Below are positions 26,290 through 35,968 of a stretch of 64,000 nucleotides of DNA, piece after piece. The position numbers and the translations under genes are program-made. The DNA is taken from contig CAXXFL010000005.1 of the NCBI GenBank assembly GCA_963674965.2, positions 192,001 to 256,000 of the forward strand. The letters are read 5' to 3'. Position 1 is the stretch's first letter; every line of letters starts with the position of its first letter. Under the pieces are notes generated by a model that saw only the letters and a program-made list of their open reading frames with translations, had not been told where the DNA came from and ran no database searches. This DNA is from a bacterium. Lineage in GTDB: Bacteria; RBG-13-61-14; DATKZS01.

Positions 26290-27876
26290 TTATTCCGAAG
26301 CTTGGCCGGGGAAGAGGGCGGCCGCGGCCTGGGGGGGCGCGTTAAAGATTATCGCCGTTTCCGGACAAGGATTTATGGTCTCGACGCCGTCCAGGTTGGC
26401 CAGGGCGTCATGGATGGGCTTCATCATGGCGCCCTCCGGGTTTGGTACCACTATGGCCGTGGGCAGGCCAAGTCGGAAGGCGCGGTCGACTTCATCGACG
26501 TATTCTTGCCGGCGATCGATCGGCGAGCGAGATCGGGCCTTGATCTTGCCTCGGCTCTCGAAGATGAGGTTCCATTTAAAGTCCATGTCCGCGACGAAGA
26601 CGTGGCTTACTCCCCTTGCCTCGAGGGCCGAGATGGTATCGCGCGCGCAGGCCCGGCTCATCTTGTAGCCGACTCCGGGGTTATGGAAAGTCGGCCGGCT
26701 AAGGGCCTGGGCCGTGACGAGCAGTCCCGATCCCGCGAGAAGGAAAAGGACCGCGCCGAACGCTCGGGGATGGCTTGGCCATAAAAGTCCGATAACCGCC
26801 GCCCCTCCCACGCAGGCGAAGGGGTAGGCGGCCAGAAGGTGTCTCGGGGCAAGAGCCGAGTCGGGAACCAGCCAGAGCGCCGCGAAGGTGGACGGAATGG
26901 GCAGCGCGATAAGTCCGGCCACGATTAGACCCGGCCCTCGAGCGGCGAGGCGAGCGTTTTTCAAGGCCGCGACGGCGACGTATATAAAGGCCAGGGCCCA
27001 TATCGAGGCGGCGGCTTTCTCGATGGTATCGAGCTCGAACGCTATGGGGTCGAGATAAGGAGTGAATATTCCCGTGACGGCCCTCGTGATCGACTCGCTC
27101 GAGGCCCGGCTTCCCAGGTCGGAGATTATGGGGGAGGACCAGGCCGATCGGCCCGCGGGCGTGAGCAGCGTTAACGCTCCCACCAGAGCGGGTCCGCCTA
27201 AAAGCACAAATGACCACTTGCGGTCCTGGAGTAAAATGGCGATGAACGCGAGGAGCCATATGGAGGCCGCCGCCGGAGCGGCCGAGGGCTGGCACCACGC
27301 GGCCAGGGCCGCCGCGAGCCCGGCGAGAAAATATCCACCCCGCGATTGCGTATCGGCGCCGGCTTCCCGCCTCGCCGACCTTGCCGCGAAGAGGGCCGCC
27401 GCGAGGAGCAGGACAAGGGCGGGCAGATGGCCGCCGCGCGTCTTCATGGACCATTCGGCCGCGCAGGGGGCGGAGCCCGCCAGGATAAGGGCCGTGAGAC
27501 CGGCCGTTTTTCCGTAAGTCCTCCAGGCGAGCGCGCCGGCGAGAGTTAAGGCCGATATCCAGAACAAAAGCCCCACGGCTTTAAGGACAACCCCTGATGG
27601 AGAGAAAAGCTTAAAGGCGGCGGCCGCCAGATGGGCCTCGAGTCCGGCCCCCGCCCCGTAATTTTGTCCGTAAAAGTAGACCGGATGTTCCTGGCCCGAG
27701 GCCACGTTGAGGGCCATGATCCCGACCACGCACTCGTCCGCGTCGGGAACGGTCCTTCCCGCCGCCATGGCCCACAGCCTTATGGCCAGGGCGACCAGGA
27801 GAACGATCGCCGCGAAATAAAAAAGTATGGGGCGAGTCGAACTCCCGGTGCTTTTTATACGGTCGCCGTTTTTCAC
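26290..27876 (-). CDS. GT-C fold (ArnT/PMT-like) integral membrane glycosyltransferase
   Basis: DADECVVGIMA after the first TM segment, YFYGQNYG, and many TM segments. Confidence 0.65.
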   Translation of the reverse strand: MKNGDRIKSTGSSTRPILFYFAAIVLLVALAIRLWAMAAGRTVPDADECVVGIMALNVASGQEHPVYFYGQNYGAGAGLEAHLAAAAFKLFSPSGVVLKAVGLLFWISALTLAGALAWRTYGKTAGLTALILAGSAPCAAEWSMKTRGGHLPALVLLLAAALFAARSARREAGADTQSRGGYFLAGLAAALAAWCQPSAAPAAASIWLLAFIAILLQDRKWSFVLLGGPALVGALTLLTPAGRSAWSSPIISDLGSRASSESITRAVTGIFTPYLDPIAFELDTIEKAAASIWALAFIYVAVAALKNARLAARGPGLIVAGLIALPIPSTFAALWLVPDSALAPRHLLAAYPFACVGGAAVIGLLWPSHPRAFGAVLFLLAGSGLLVTAQALSRPTFHNPGVGYKMSRACARDTISALEARGVSHVFVADMDFKWNLIFESRGKIKARSRSPIDRRQEYVDEVDRAFRLGLPTAIVVPNPEGAMMKPIHDALANLDGVETINPCPETAIIFNAPPQAAAALFPGQASE

Positions 27877-27938
27877 GCTATTAATCTACCAGATAAAAAT
27901 TGAGGAATAAAAGGAATTTATGGATTTCAAAATAGTCC

Positions 27939-27968
27939 TTGACATGTCTCGGGGGTCGTTAATATAAT
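27939..27968 (+). promoter_or_regulatory. Sigma70-type promoter for the 28-32 kb operon
   Basis: TTGACA-N18-TATAAT ending 23 bp before the TTG start at 27992. Confidence 0.7.
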
Positions 27969-27991
27969 CTGGCATACGCTTTGGAGAACGT

Positions 27992-29020
27992 TTGTTATCT
28001 GGAAAAGTAAATATCTTCGGCGCCGCCCTGGACTTCCTGGACGACCCGGAAAGGATCGGCGTGAAAAACGCCTATCTTGCCGCGCTGAAGCGGGGACTCG
28101 ATTCGTCCGCGCTTCCCGCCGACCCTTATGACGCCATCGCTCCTTTGGCGCTCGAGCTGCTGGACGGACCGGCCCGGGCCGCGGGCAAGGTCAAGACTCC
28201 GGGCAGGTTCACGCCCAGGCCGCCGGCCAAGGAGGCGGGCAAGGTCACGGCCGAGGCCTGCCGCGAGTTCATGGACTCGGGAGGACCGGCCAAAGCGGTG
28301 GCGGCGTGCGCCGATTATTTCGCGTCCCTCCTTCCTTCCATACCGGTGATGATCGGAGTTGACCACATGCTGACGGCGGGTCCCATCACGGCGCTCAGCC
28401 GGTCGAGAAGGACAAAGGACCTGGCGGTGGTGGTGATCGACTCACACTTTGACGCGGTCCCACCCGCGGCCAGGGCCCCCGCCGGGGTGGACGCGAGTTT
28501 CGGAGGCGGCGAGCTTTGCGGCGACTTCCTGGCCGCGCTGATGGAAAGCGGCAGGCTTTCCCCCGACCGTCTTTTCGTGGTCGGTCCTTCCGACCACCCG
28601 GGCGGCATGGGCGAGGGGTCCAGATACGCCAGGGCCTACCATTACTGGATCGAGAACGGAGTAAGGGTCTACCCCAAGAGCAGGGCCCTGGAGCCAGGCT
28701 TCGAGGAATTCCTGGCGGACGAGATCGGACAATGCGGGGCGGACTCGATTTACGTCAGCCTTGACGCCGACGCGGGCTCGGTCGAGTGCATGAACGCGGT
28801 CCGCTTTATGGACTGCGTGGGTCTTCCCGAGGAAAAGATTATGGGGATCGCCGCCTCGCTGAACGGGCTGATAAGAGATGGAGACGCGGCCCTGGCCGGT
28901 CTCGACGTTTGCGAGGTTGACGTTCATTTATTGGACCTGGTCGGGCCGGACGGCAAGCCCGACCGCACCGCCGGCGTTTGCGCCAGGTTTATCGCGACGC
29001 TGCTGGGAGGAAGCGCATGA
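27992..29020 (+). CDS. Arginase/ureohydrolase-family protein (divergent)
   Basis: GVDHML, IDSHFD and SLDAD correspond to the GGDH, DAHxD and SxDxD metal motifs. Confidence 0.7.
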   Translation: MLSGKVNIFGAALDFLDDPERIGVKNAYLAALKRGLDSSALPADPYDAIAPLALELLDGPARAAGKVKTPGRFTPRPPAKEAGKVTAEACREFMDSGGPAKAVAACADYFASLLPSIPVMIGVDHMLTAGPITALSRSRRTKDLAVVVIDSHFDAVPPAARAPAGVDASFGGGELCGDFLAALMESGRLSPDRLFVVGPSDHPGGMGEGSRYARAYHYWIENGVRVYPKSRALEPGFEEFLADEIGQCGADSIYVSLDADAGSVECMNAVRFMDCVGLPEEKIMGIAASLNGLIRDGDAALAGLDVCEVDVHLLDLVGPDGKPDRTAGVCARFIATLLGGSA

Positions 29021-30729
29021 TTCAATCCAGGTTCAGGGCCGGGGACAAGACCCGGAAGGAAATTTTAAAGGCCCTGGTCGACGCGGTCGGGGAAGGGGCG
29101 GCCACCGACAACCCGGGGGTGTTGTACTCGTACTCGGGCACGAGCATGGCCTTTCCCAAGGCCCTTCCCGACTTCGTGGTTCGGCCGAGGACGGTTGAGG
29201 ACGTCCAGCGCGTGGTCAAGATCGCGGGCAAGTACCAGGTACCGGTTACGCCCGTGGCCAGCGGCACCCAGGAGCCGGGCACCTACCCATGGTTCGGCGG
29301 CGTCGTGATCGACACCATGGCCATGGACAGGATTCACGAGATCAACCTCGAGGGCGGCTACGCCGTGATCGAGCCCGGCGTGGCCATCGGAAGACTGGCG
29401 AACGAGCTCGAGCCCCTCGGGTACCGGATAACCACCGGCAGCTTCCCGCCAGGCGTCAGCGCCCTGGGCAACTACCTCATGACCGCGGTCAACAGCCATC
29501 GAGGCTCGGGACCCATGGACGACATACTCGGGCTCGAGGTGGTGCTGGCCGACGGGACCGTCTTCAGGACCGGAAGCGCCGCCTGGTCGGCCACCTACAA
29601 GAACACCGGCTGGCACGCGCCCACCAACGGCTTCCCCAATATCAAGAACATGTTCATCGACTCCGCCGGCACCCTGGGCGTGGTGACGAGGGGAGCGGTC
29701 AGGATTTACAGCCTGGGCGAGACCCGGGCCCTGCCGCTGGCCGCCTTCGACGACTTTCCCTCCACTCTCAAGTACATGATGGCCCTGGCCCGGAACAACG
29801 TGGTCCAGCACGCCTGCTGCTGGCACTGGACGCTCTACACCATCATCGACCATTTGGGACGATACGGAAGGGGAGCCCCCGCCGACGTCCTGGTTTACGA
29901 GCCCTGGATCAAGCCCGACGACAGGCCCTATTTGATCGCCGTGCCCACCATCGCCGGGTTCAAGGAAAACGTGGAGGGATCGGTCAAGGCCGCCGAGCGC
30001 CTGGCCAGGGAGCACGGCGGCAGGCCCTTCGTGGACGAGTGCAAGGAAAAGTGGAGCGGGGCCTGGAAGTTCTTCGCCGACCACTACCGGGACCACAAGG
30101 CCACCTCCCAGTTCATGGGGGGATACGGCGAGGGTTTCCCCATGATGCCCATCGTCATCGCCGATCCCAGGAAAATTACCGGACTCGAGGAATGGGGCCT
30201 CAAGTTCCTTCGCAAAAAAGGTCTCAACCTGGGACTCACCTACTACAGCCACGTCATGGACCAGGGAAGGGCCGTGTTCCTGCGCATGACTCCATTTATC
30301 AGCGGAGAGTCAACCGAGAAGGAAAAACAAAAGGCCGCCGAAACGAGAAAGCAGTACATGGAGCAGGCCTACCAGCGCTACGGCGCCGTGCCCATCCGGT
30401 TCGATCCCAGCTACGAGGACGGAGAGCTCTTGGCCAAGGGCGGCGGACTTAAAAAGGCCCTCCAAAAAATCAAGTACGGGCTCGACCCGGAAAACATTAT
30501 GAACTCGGGCATGAGCGTCCAGATGTACGGGACCCCTCCCAAAAAGACCGCGCCCGCCCGAAAGAAGGCAACCGCCGCGAGGAAAAAAACCGCCCCCGCC
30601 AAAAAAGCGGCGTCCGTTAAAAAAGCGGCCAAGACCAAAAAAGCGGTCAAGATAAAAAAGACGGCGGCCAGGAGCGCGAGGAAGACGGCGGCCAAGCGCC
30701 GCAAGTCGACCGCGGGAAAGAGAGGATAA
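29017..30729 (+). CDS. FAD-binding oxidoreductase (GlcD/VAO family) with a Lys/Ala-rich histone-H1-like C-terminal tail
   Basis: PDFVVRP, IEPGV, GLEVVLADG, GTLGVVT and LDPENIMNSG motifs. ATGA overlap with the upstream stop. Confidence 0.85.
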   Translation: MIQSRFRAGDKTRKEILKALVDAVGEGAATDNPGVLYSYSGTSMAFPKALPDFVVRPRTVEDVQRVVKIAGKYQVPVTPVASGTQEPGTYPWFGGVVIDTMAMDRIHEINLEGGYAVIEPGVAIGRLANELEPLGYRITTGSFPPGVSALGNYLMTAVNSHRGSGPMDDILGLEVVLADGTVFRTGSAAWSATYKNTGWHAPTNGFPNIKNMFIDSAGTLGVVTRGAVRIYSLGETRALPLAAFDDFPSTLKYMMALARNNVVQHACCWHWTLYTIIDHLGRYGRGAPADVLVYEPWIKPDDRPYLIAVPTIAGFKENVEGSVKAAERLAREHGGRPFVDECKEKWSGAWKFFADHYRDHKATSQFMGGYGEGFPMMPIVIADPRKITGLEEWGLKFLRKKGLNLGLTYYSHVMDQGRAVFLRMTPFISGESTEKEKQKAAETRKQYMEQAYQRYGAVPIRFDPSYEDGELLAKGGGLKKALQKIKYGLDPENIMNSGMSVQMYGTPPKKTAPARKKATAARKKTAPAKKAASVKKAAKTKKAVKIKKTAARSARKTAAKRRKSTAGKRG

Positions 30730-30733
30730 AGAC

Positions 30734-31900
30734 ATGCCGCTCTCGAGAGACAACGATTACTCGATGTACCTTTATACCTGCAACCGCTGCCGGGGCTGCA
30801 CGGTCTTGCCCTCCCCCTCGATGAAGCCCTTTTGCCCGGCCTACTCGATGTTCGGCTTTTTCGCCTACTCGGGGGGAGGCAAGGGCTACGTGGCCCAGGG
30901 CATACTCGAGGGCAAGGTCGAGCCCTCCGCCGAGGTGGCCCAGGTGGCGGCCAACTGCCTTCTCTGCGGCGCCTGCGCCCAGGCCTGTCCCCCCGGCTTC
31001 GACACCATGGCCTTCATCCGCGACCTCCGCGACCACATGGGACAAAAGGGCATTTACGCCAACGCCGCGCAGGAGAGGCTCATCGAAAATACTCACAAAT
31101 ACGACAACCCCTGGGGAAAGTCCCGGGCCGTTCCACGGGCCCCCCTCTTCTCGGGCGAAAAGGAAATCCTCGTCTGGCTGGGATGCAGGGAGAGGATGAG
31201 AGCGGAGCTTCTGCCCGGCCTGAAAAAGATACTCGAGGCGGCCGGCGTGAGTTGGGGCGTTCTGGCCGACGAGTACTGCTGCGGCGCGCCCCTTATCGAC
31301 CTGGGCGACCGGAAGGGGTTCATGAAGAAGGCGGCCGACGTCATCGAGGCCGTTAACGCCTCCGGCGCCGAGCGGGTCCTCGTCCTGTGCCCCCATTGCG
31401 CGGCCACCATGATGGTGGACTACATGGAGGCCGGCGACCTCGAGGTCGATCCCGTAACCCTCCCCTCCTTCCTTGCCGAGTTGATCGCCGATGAGAGGAT
31501 ATCGCTTGGCGAGGCCGAAGAGACGGTGACCTTCCACGACCCGTGCCGCCTGGCCAAGCGGCTCGAGGAGCAGGACCCGGCGCGGGAAATCCTGGAGGCC
31601 GCCCCCGGCCTCGAGCTCCGCGAGATGGAAAGGAGAGGAGAATGGGGATGGTGCTGCGGCTCCGGGGCCTGGGCCCCCTTGGTCGCGCCCAAGCTCAGCA
31701 GGTACGCGGCCCGGGAAAGGATAAAGGAGGCCGGGGAAACGGGGGCCGACAAGATAGTCACCGCCTGTTCCTATTGCACCGAGCTCCTCGGCCGCCAGGC
31801 CAAGGGGACCGGCAAGGTCGAGCATATCGTGTCCCTGGTGGCCGGCCGCGTAAGGCCGGGAAGACCGGAGGAAGAGGATGGAGAGTCGGGCGGAGAATAG
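30734..31900 (+). CDS. Fe-S oxidoreductase (GlpC/HdrD-like; two ferredoxin motifs and CCG domains)
   Basis: CNRCRGC..CP, CLLCGACAQACP, YCCG, CPHC, HDPCRL, CCGSG and TACSYC motifs. Confidence 0.9.
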   Translation: MPLSRDNDYSMYLYTCNRCRGCTVLPSPSMKPFCPAYSMFGFFAYSGGGKGYVAQGILEGKVEPSAEVAQVAANCLLCGACAQACPPGFDTMAFIRDLRDHMGQKGIYANAAQERLIENTHKYDNPWGKSRAVPRAPLFSGEKEILVWLGCRERMRAELLPGLKKILEAAGVSWGVLADEYCCGAPLIDLGDRKGFMKKAADVIEAVNASGAERVLVLCPHCAATMMVDYMEAGDLEVDPVTLPSFLAELIADERISLGEAEETVTFHDPCRLAKRLEEQDPAREILEAAPGLELREMERRGEWGWCCGSGAWAPLVAPKLSRYAARERIKEAGETGADKIVTACSYCTELLGRQAKGTGKVEHIVSLVAGRVRPGRPEEEDGESGGE

Positions 31901-31927
31901 CTCAAACAAGCCGCGGGAGGAATTGAA

Positions 31928-32380
31928 ATGACCGAGGAACTTTACCAAAGGATGAACGACTTTTATAACAACAGCTCGCTTGCCCAAAAGATAGCCGCGC
32001 CCCTCAAGGAGGGCGCCGTGGCCGAGGTCGAGTTCGAGGACGACGACGACACCTATATGATGATCAAGGAGGGGGGCAGAAGCGTCTTCAAACAGGGCAA
32101 GCCCAAGAAGCCGCACGTGTACATGAAATTCAGCAAGGCCGCGGTGGATTATCTTCTGGACATCAAGGGAGACGACGTCGAGCAGATCGAGGAATACGTC
32201 TCGCGCTTCGGCGAGTGCATCCTTAGCCCGACCAAGGAAAGGTGGGTCAAGTTCAAGCTCTGCACCAACGTGGTCACCGGCGCCCGCTACGGCTATTTCG
32301 GCATGATGAAACTGGGCGGCAAAAAGGCCTTCGACCTCGTGGTCCAGCTCGGGATCAAAATCCCCAGCAAGTTCAGGTGA
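31928..32380 (+). CDS. Hypothetical protein, possibly SCP2 (sterol-carrier)-like fold
   Basis: 150-aa ORF with a GGGAGG RBS. Alpha/beta pattern with K-P-x-V-x-M-K-F-S resembles SCP2, a weak assignment. Confidence 0.45.
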   Translation: MTEELYQRMNDFYNNSSLAQKIAAPLKEGAVAEVEFEDDDDTYMMIKEGGRSVFKQGKPKKPHVYMKFSKAAVDYLLDIKGDDVEQIEEYVSRFGECILSPTKERWVKFKLCTNVVTGARYGYFGMMKLGGKKAFDLVVQLGIKIPSKFR

Positions 32381-32429
32381 TCCTCGGGACGGCCCGGATT
32401 TCCGGCGCCCCAAGGCGGACGGCCAACGT

Positions 32430-32460
32430 GTGACCCGGATAGCTTGCCTATCGGGGCCAC
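32430..32460. repeat. REP-like palindrome, same family as the 35.3-35.8 kb element
   Basis: GTGACCCGGATAG-CTTGC-CTATCGGGGCCAC. Confidence 0.7.
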
Positions 32461-32710
32461 CCACGACCGATGGGGTGACCCGTCCGGTTTCGCAAGAAAC
32501 CGCGCGGGTCCCGCGAAGCGGGATGGGTACGGGGCCGGGGAATTCAAAAAAACCTTTTCCACCGCCCTCCTGAAAATTCACGGGAGGATAACGCCCCGGT
32601 TTTTTTAGGGAAACAATAACTAGACTCCGATGTCAGTATATTTGACACAAATCTTTTAAGTTCCGCGGCGGGTTATACAACACCTCAACTCGATAAAAGG
32701 AGGAAGGCGC

Positions 32711-34111
32711 ATGGATGCAAAATTTGCCCCGAGGCCGGCGCGAGCGAGTTTCGTCAGACGACTTTTCCAAGAAGTCGACTACTGGGTCCAGGAGGGACTG
32801 ATCGGCCAAGAGGCCTCCGCCGCCATCCGTTCCAGGTATCGCGAGCCGTCGCCCGTGGATTGGAGGGGCAGGGTGGTAACCGTTCTTACCATCATGGCCG
32901 CCTCTTTTCTGGGTTTGGGCGTGATCCTTTTTTTCGCCTCCAATTGGGAGGCCATCCCTCGCTTGGCCAAGTTCATTCTGGTTTCATCGGTCATGTCCGG
33001 AGTTTATATCGCCGGATACTCCCTGCGTTACGAGCGAGGCTACGAGCGCCTTGGGGAGGCGTTGATCATTTTGGGGACCATACTTTTCGGCTCGGCCATT
33101 TTCCTGGTGGCCCAGGCCTTCAATATGAGGGAGCATTTTCCAAACGGCTTACTGCTATGGTCACTGGGTATCCTGTCCGTCGCGCTCTTCACCCGAAGCC
33201 CGTTTGTTTTCGCTTTATTCAATCTGGCTTTTATCGCCTGGTCCTGGACCGAGACCTATTACTTTCACAACTGGGGACCCACTACTTTATTGGTTACGTT
33301 GGGCGTCATCATACCGGCGGCTTACAAGCTTGAAAACAGATATCTGGTGGCCCTCGGTTTCGCGACGCTTGGCTTTTGCGCCATCGAGGGCGCGTTTTTC
33401 GATTCCACTTCCATCTACGGCCATACTCCGGACATAGTCTACATTGCCATGGCGTCCACCTTCGGCGGGATGATTTACGCGGCGGGAGCGTTTCAAGACC
33501 GATTGCCTGAATATAAAAAATACCGATACATCTTTCAGGTTTTCGGCCTCGTCTTCATCCTGGTCCCGCTTTTCTTGCTGTCATCACCAGGTTTGATCCA
33601 TGATTTTTCACGAGAAGCCTCGTCCTCTAGCCTCCGGTTCGCGCCGATCTCTTTTTTCGAAACCATCGCCATGGTCCTTATTATTCTGGCCATGCTCGTT
33701 TTATCGAGGGTAAAGAAATTTGATCGAGCCTGTACTGAAGAGATAGGAGCCTGTGCAGTAGTGGTTATACTTATCGCTCTGCTCGGAATTATTATACTTT
33801 ACGCGGGTAAAGGCATAAGGCACTCCGACTCCTTCGCGATCCTTATCGCGATCATCGTCAACGTAGTTCTGCTTGTATTGCTGGCGGCGATAATTTTCCA
33901 CGGCTACAGGCAGGGCAACAAGCTGCTCGTAAACGCGGCTCTTATCACGTTCGTGGCCGCGGCCATTACCAGATATTTCGAAACGTTTTGGGATATGATG
34001 CCGCGCTCCGTGTTTTTCATCGGAGGCGGAGCGCTTCTGCTCGTTGGCGGAGTTCTGCTGGAAAAACAACGGCGAAAATTAATGGGCTCTCCAAAGGAGG
34101 CGCGGACATGA
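32711..34111 (+). CDS. DUF2157-domain membrane protein
   Basis: WVQEGLI, GLGVILFFASNW, FGSAIFLVAQAFN and C-terminal SVFFIGGGALLL..LEKQRR. Confidence 0.85.
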   Translation: MDAKFAPRPARASFVRRLFQEVDYWVQEGLIGQEASAAIRSRYREPSPVDWRGRVVTVLTIMAASFLGLGVILFFASNWEAIPRLAKFILVSSVMSGVYIAGYSLRYERGYERLGEALIILGTILFGSAIFLVAQAFNMREHFPNGLLLWSLGILSVALFTRSPFVFALFNLAFIAWSWTETYYFHNWGPTTLLVTLGVIIPAAYKLENRYLVALGFATLGFCAIEGAFFDSTSIYGHTPDIVYIAMASTFGGMIYAAGAFQDRLPEYKKYRYIFQVFGLVFILVPLFLLSSPGLIHDFSREASSSSLRFAPISFFETIAMVLIILAMLVLSRVKKFDRACTEEIGACAVVVILIALLGIIILYAGKGIRHSDSFAILIAIIVNVVLLVLLAAIIFHGYRQGNKLLVNAALITFVAAAITRYFETFWDMMPRSVFFIGGGALLLVGGVLLEKQRRKLMGSPKEART

Positions 34112-34605
34112 ACCGGAAAAAGATTTACTACGCCATCGTGGCCCTGCAGGTCCTTGCCCTGGCCGGCATGATCGGTTTCAAGTACTCGACCGTGCTGACC
34201 GGCAAAACCGTGGTGCTCCGCGTTAACTCACACTATCCAAGACACCATGTAAGAGGAGAGCGCGTGCGGATTAACTTCGAAATCGATTTTCTTGAAACAA
34301 AGGGGCTTGGGGGCGATGAAGGACCTTTTAAAAAAGGCGACGATCTCTATGTTGTTTTAGTCGAGGATAATACGCATTGGAAGGCGAATAGTATATTTAA
34401 GGAAAAGCCTGAGATAGGAATTGATGAGGCCGTTATAAAAGGTAAAATCCTTTCCGTAAATCCCTCGTACCTAAAGGTGGATTATGGAGTCGACAGCTTC
34501 TATGTGCCAGAGGGAAAAGGCCGAAAACTCATGTACAAGCAATTTTGGGAGGTTGCCCTTGACCGTAGTGGCCACGCGCTGATTAAAGGGCCGGTCGATC
34601 GTTAA
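34108..34605 (+). CDS. GDYXXLXY-family protein with a degenerate signature
   Basis: ATGA-coupled to the DUF2157 gene. GKTVVLR and YGVDSFYVPEGKG motifs present. The signature reads YPRHHVRGERVRINF. Confidence 0.75.
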   Translation: MNRKKIYYAIVALQVLALAGMIGFKYSTVLTGKTVVLRVNSHYPRHHVRGERVRINFEIDFLETKGLGGDEGPFKKGDDLYVVLVEDNTHWKANSIFKEKPEIGIDEAVIKGKILSVNPSYLKVDYGVDSFYVPEGKGRKLMYKQFWEVALDRSGHALIKGPVDR

Positions 34606-34684
34606 GCTCTTGTGGATAACGCCCCGTTTTTTCGATTTGTATTAATAGTCAAACTGTAAATCAACTAATTTAGGTGCATATAAA

Positions 34685-35185
34685 ATGACCAAAATGACAA
34701 TGATGATTGTTATTGTTTTACTCGCGTCGCCAATTCTCTCTTGCTCTCATTTCATCGCCAGAAAGGGAGATGTTAATATGTTCAAAGGCGATACTTTCAA
34801 ACAAGAGGTTGATAAAGTTATGGAGGCGGTATTATTAATAGATTTTCATATGTCTGAACGGGAAATTCTAAATTTGCTAGGCCTTGATTCGTGGGGGAAT
34901 AAATACCATGTTGTTGTTGGCGATGAAAAGACATTAGTTGCACCAGGATACAAACTTGAAGGCGCCAAAATGATATTTATCATCACGGGAGGAGAGGATG
35001 GCAAAATATCTTTCGATTATTCTCAAGAAAGTGCCCCGACATTTTATTGGGGATTCGACGATATTAAATTTGAGTTAAGATACGGTTTTCACAATTTAGA
35101 ATCATGCCTTTTCTATTACAATCCAGTATACTATGACAATACGGTATATAATATCCAAGGCGGCATGCCTTTTCCGTCTCATTAA
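34685..35185 (+). CDS. Hypothetical lipoprotein (AT-rich)
   Basis: 166-aa ORF with a hydrophobic N-terminus and ILSC lipobox. Confidence 0.6.
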   Translation: MTKMTMMIVIVLLASPILSCSHFIARKGDVNMFKGDTFKQEVDKVMEAVLLIDFHMSEREILNLLGLDSWGNKYHVVVGDEKTLVAPGYKLEGAKMIFIITGGEDGKISFDYSQESAPTFYWGFDDIKFELRYGFHNLESCLFYYNPVYYDNTVYNIQGGMPFPSH

Positions 35186-35280
35186 GATATGCGCCGAGAC
35201 GGATGAGTCGAGGGCCTCCCTCGGTATTCGATTTTCAAAGAGCTGGGCGGGTCGCGCCGCCGGGGCCTGACTTGGATCAG

Positions 35281-35761
35281 GGGTGGCGCGGATAGATCGA
35301 CTATTCGCGAGGCCTAAGCCGCAGGATGGGAAAAACATATGGCCAGTAAACCTTTGGTTCTCCCTTCCCGCGCCTTCGGCGCCCAGATAGCGGAGCTATC
35401 CGGGCTACCCCTCGCAAAAATGCCCTTCTATATATGGCGAAACGGGTGCATTTTTGTGGAGCGCCGGTTGACGAAATGCTGGGTTTTCGCGCCCGCGATG
35501 ATATACCTTCATGGTTAATTGTATAATTCCGGCAGGTAAGGGCCGCCGATAAAAATATCGTCCATCCCCAATTTACGACTTCAATTCCATCTCCGCTCGA
35601 CGGCTAAACCTGGGTGACCCAAAAGCGATAGACCTGGTGGCCCGGATAGCACCGCTATCTGGGCGCCGAAGGCGCGGGAAAGGGGGCGATGGTCCGCCGG
35701 GCGCGTACATAAGAGTCCAACGGCTTACGCCGCGCGGATAGGCGAGCTATCCGCGCCACCC
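35281..35761. mobile_element. Non-autonomous composite REP/REPIN- or MITE-like element: four REP palindromes forming long inverted arms
   Basis: 35281-35321 matches the reverse complement of 35721-35761 at 36/41 bases. 35365-35409 matches the reverse complement of 35636-35680 at 43/45. Each REP is GTRG plus a 9-bp stem with a 5-nt loop. Confidence 0.7.
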
Positions 35762-35968
35762 ACTCATTTTGCGTGGGTGAGCGCGGCGAACGGGCTGAGC
35801 GTCTCCGACGCCGATAGCCACATAAACACACCGTTCAAATGGAATAAAATAACATATTGCGTGCTTACTTCTGAATGAAATACTACTCAGCCCGCGGCTA
35901 GGCCGCCCATGTATTTTTTAGAAAAAGCAGGGGCCACCATGCGGTATAAAATAACCGGCGAATACGGC

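Noticed and set aside
35281-35761. CRISPR array or tRNA interpretation of the palindromic repeats
   Set aside because: The repeats are inverted, irregularly spaced and few. There are no cas genes and no cloverleaf or T-loop motif.
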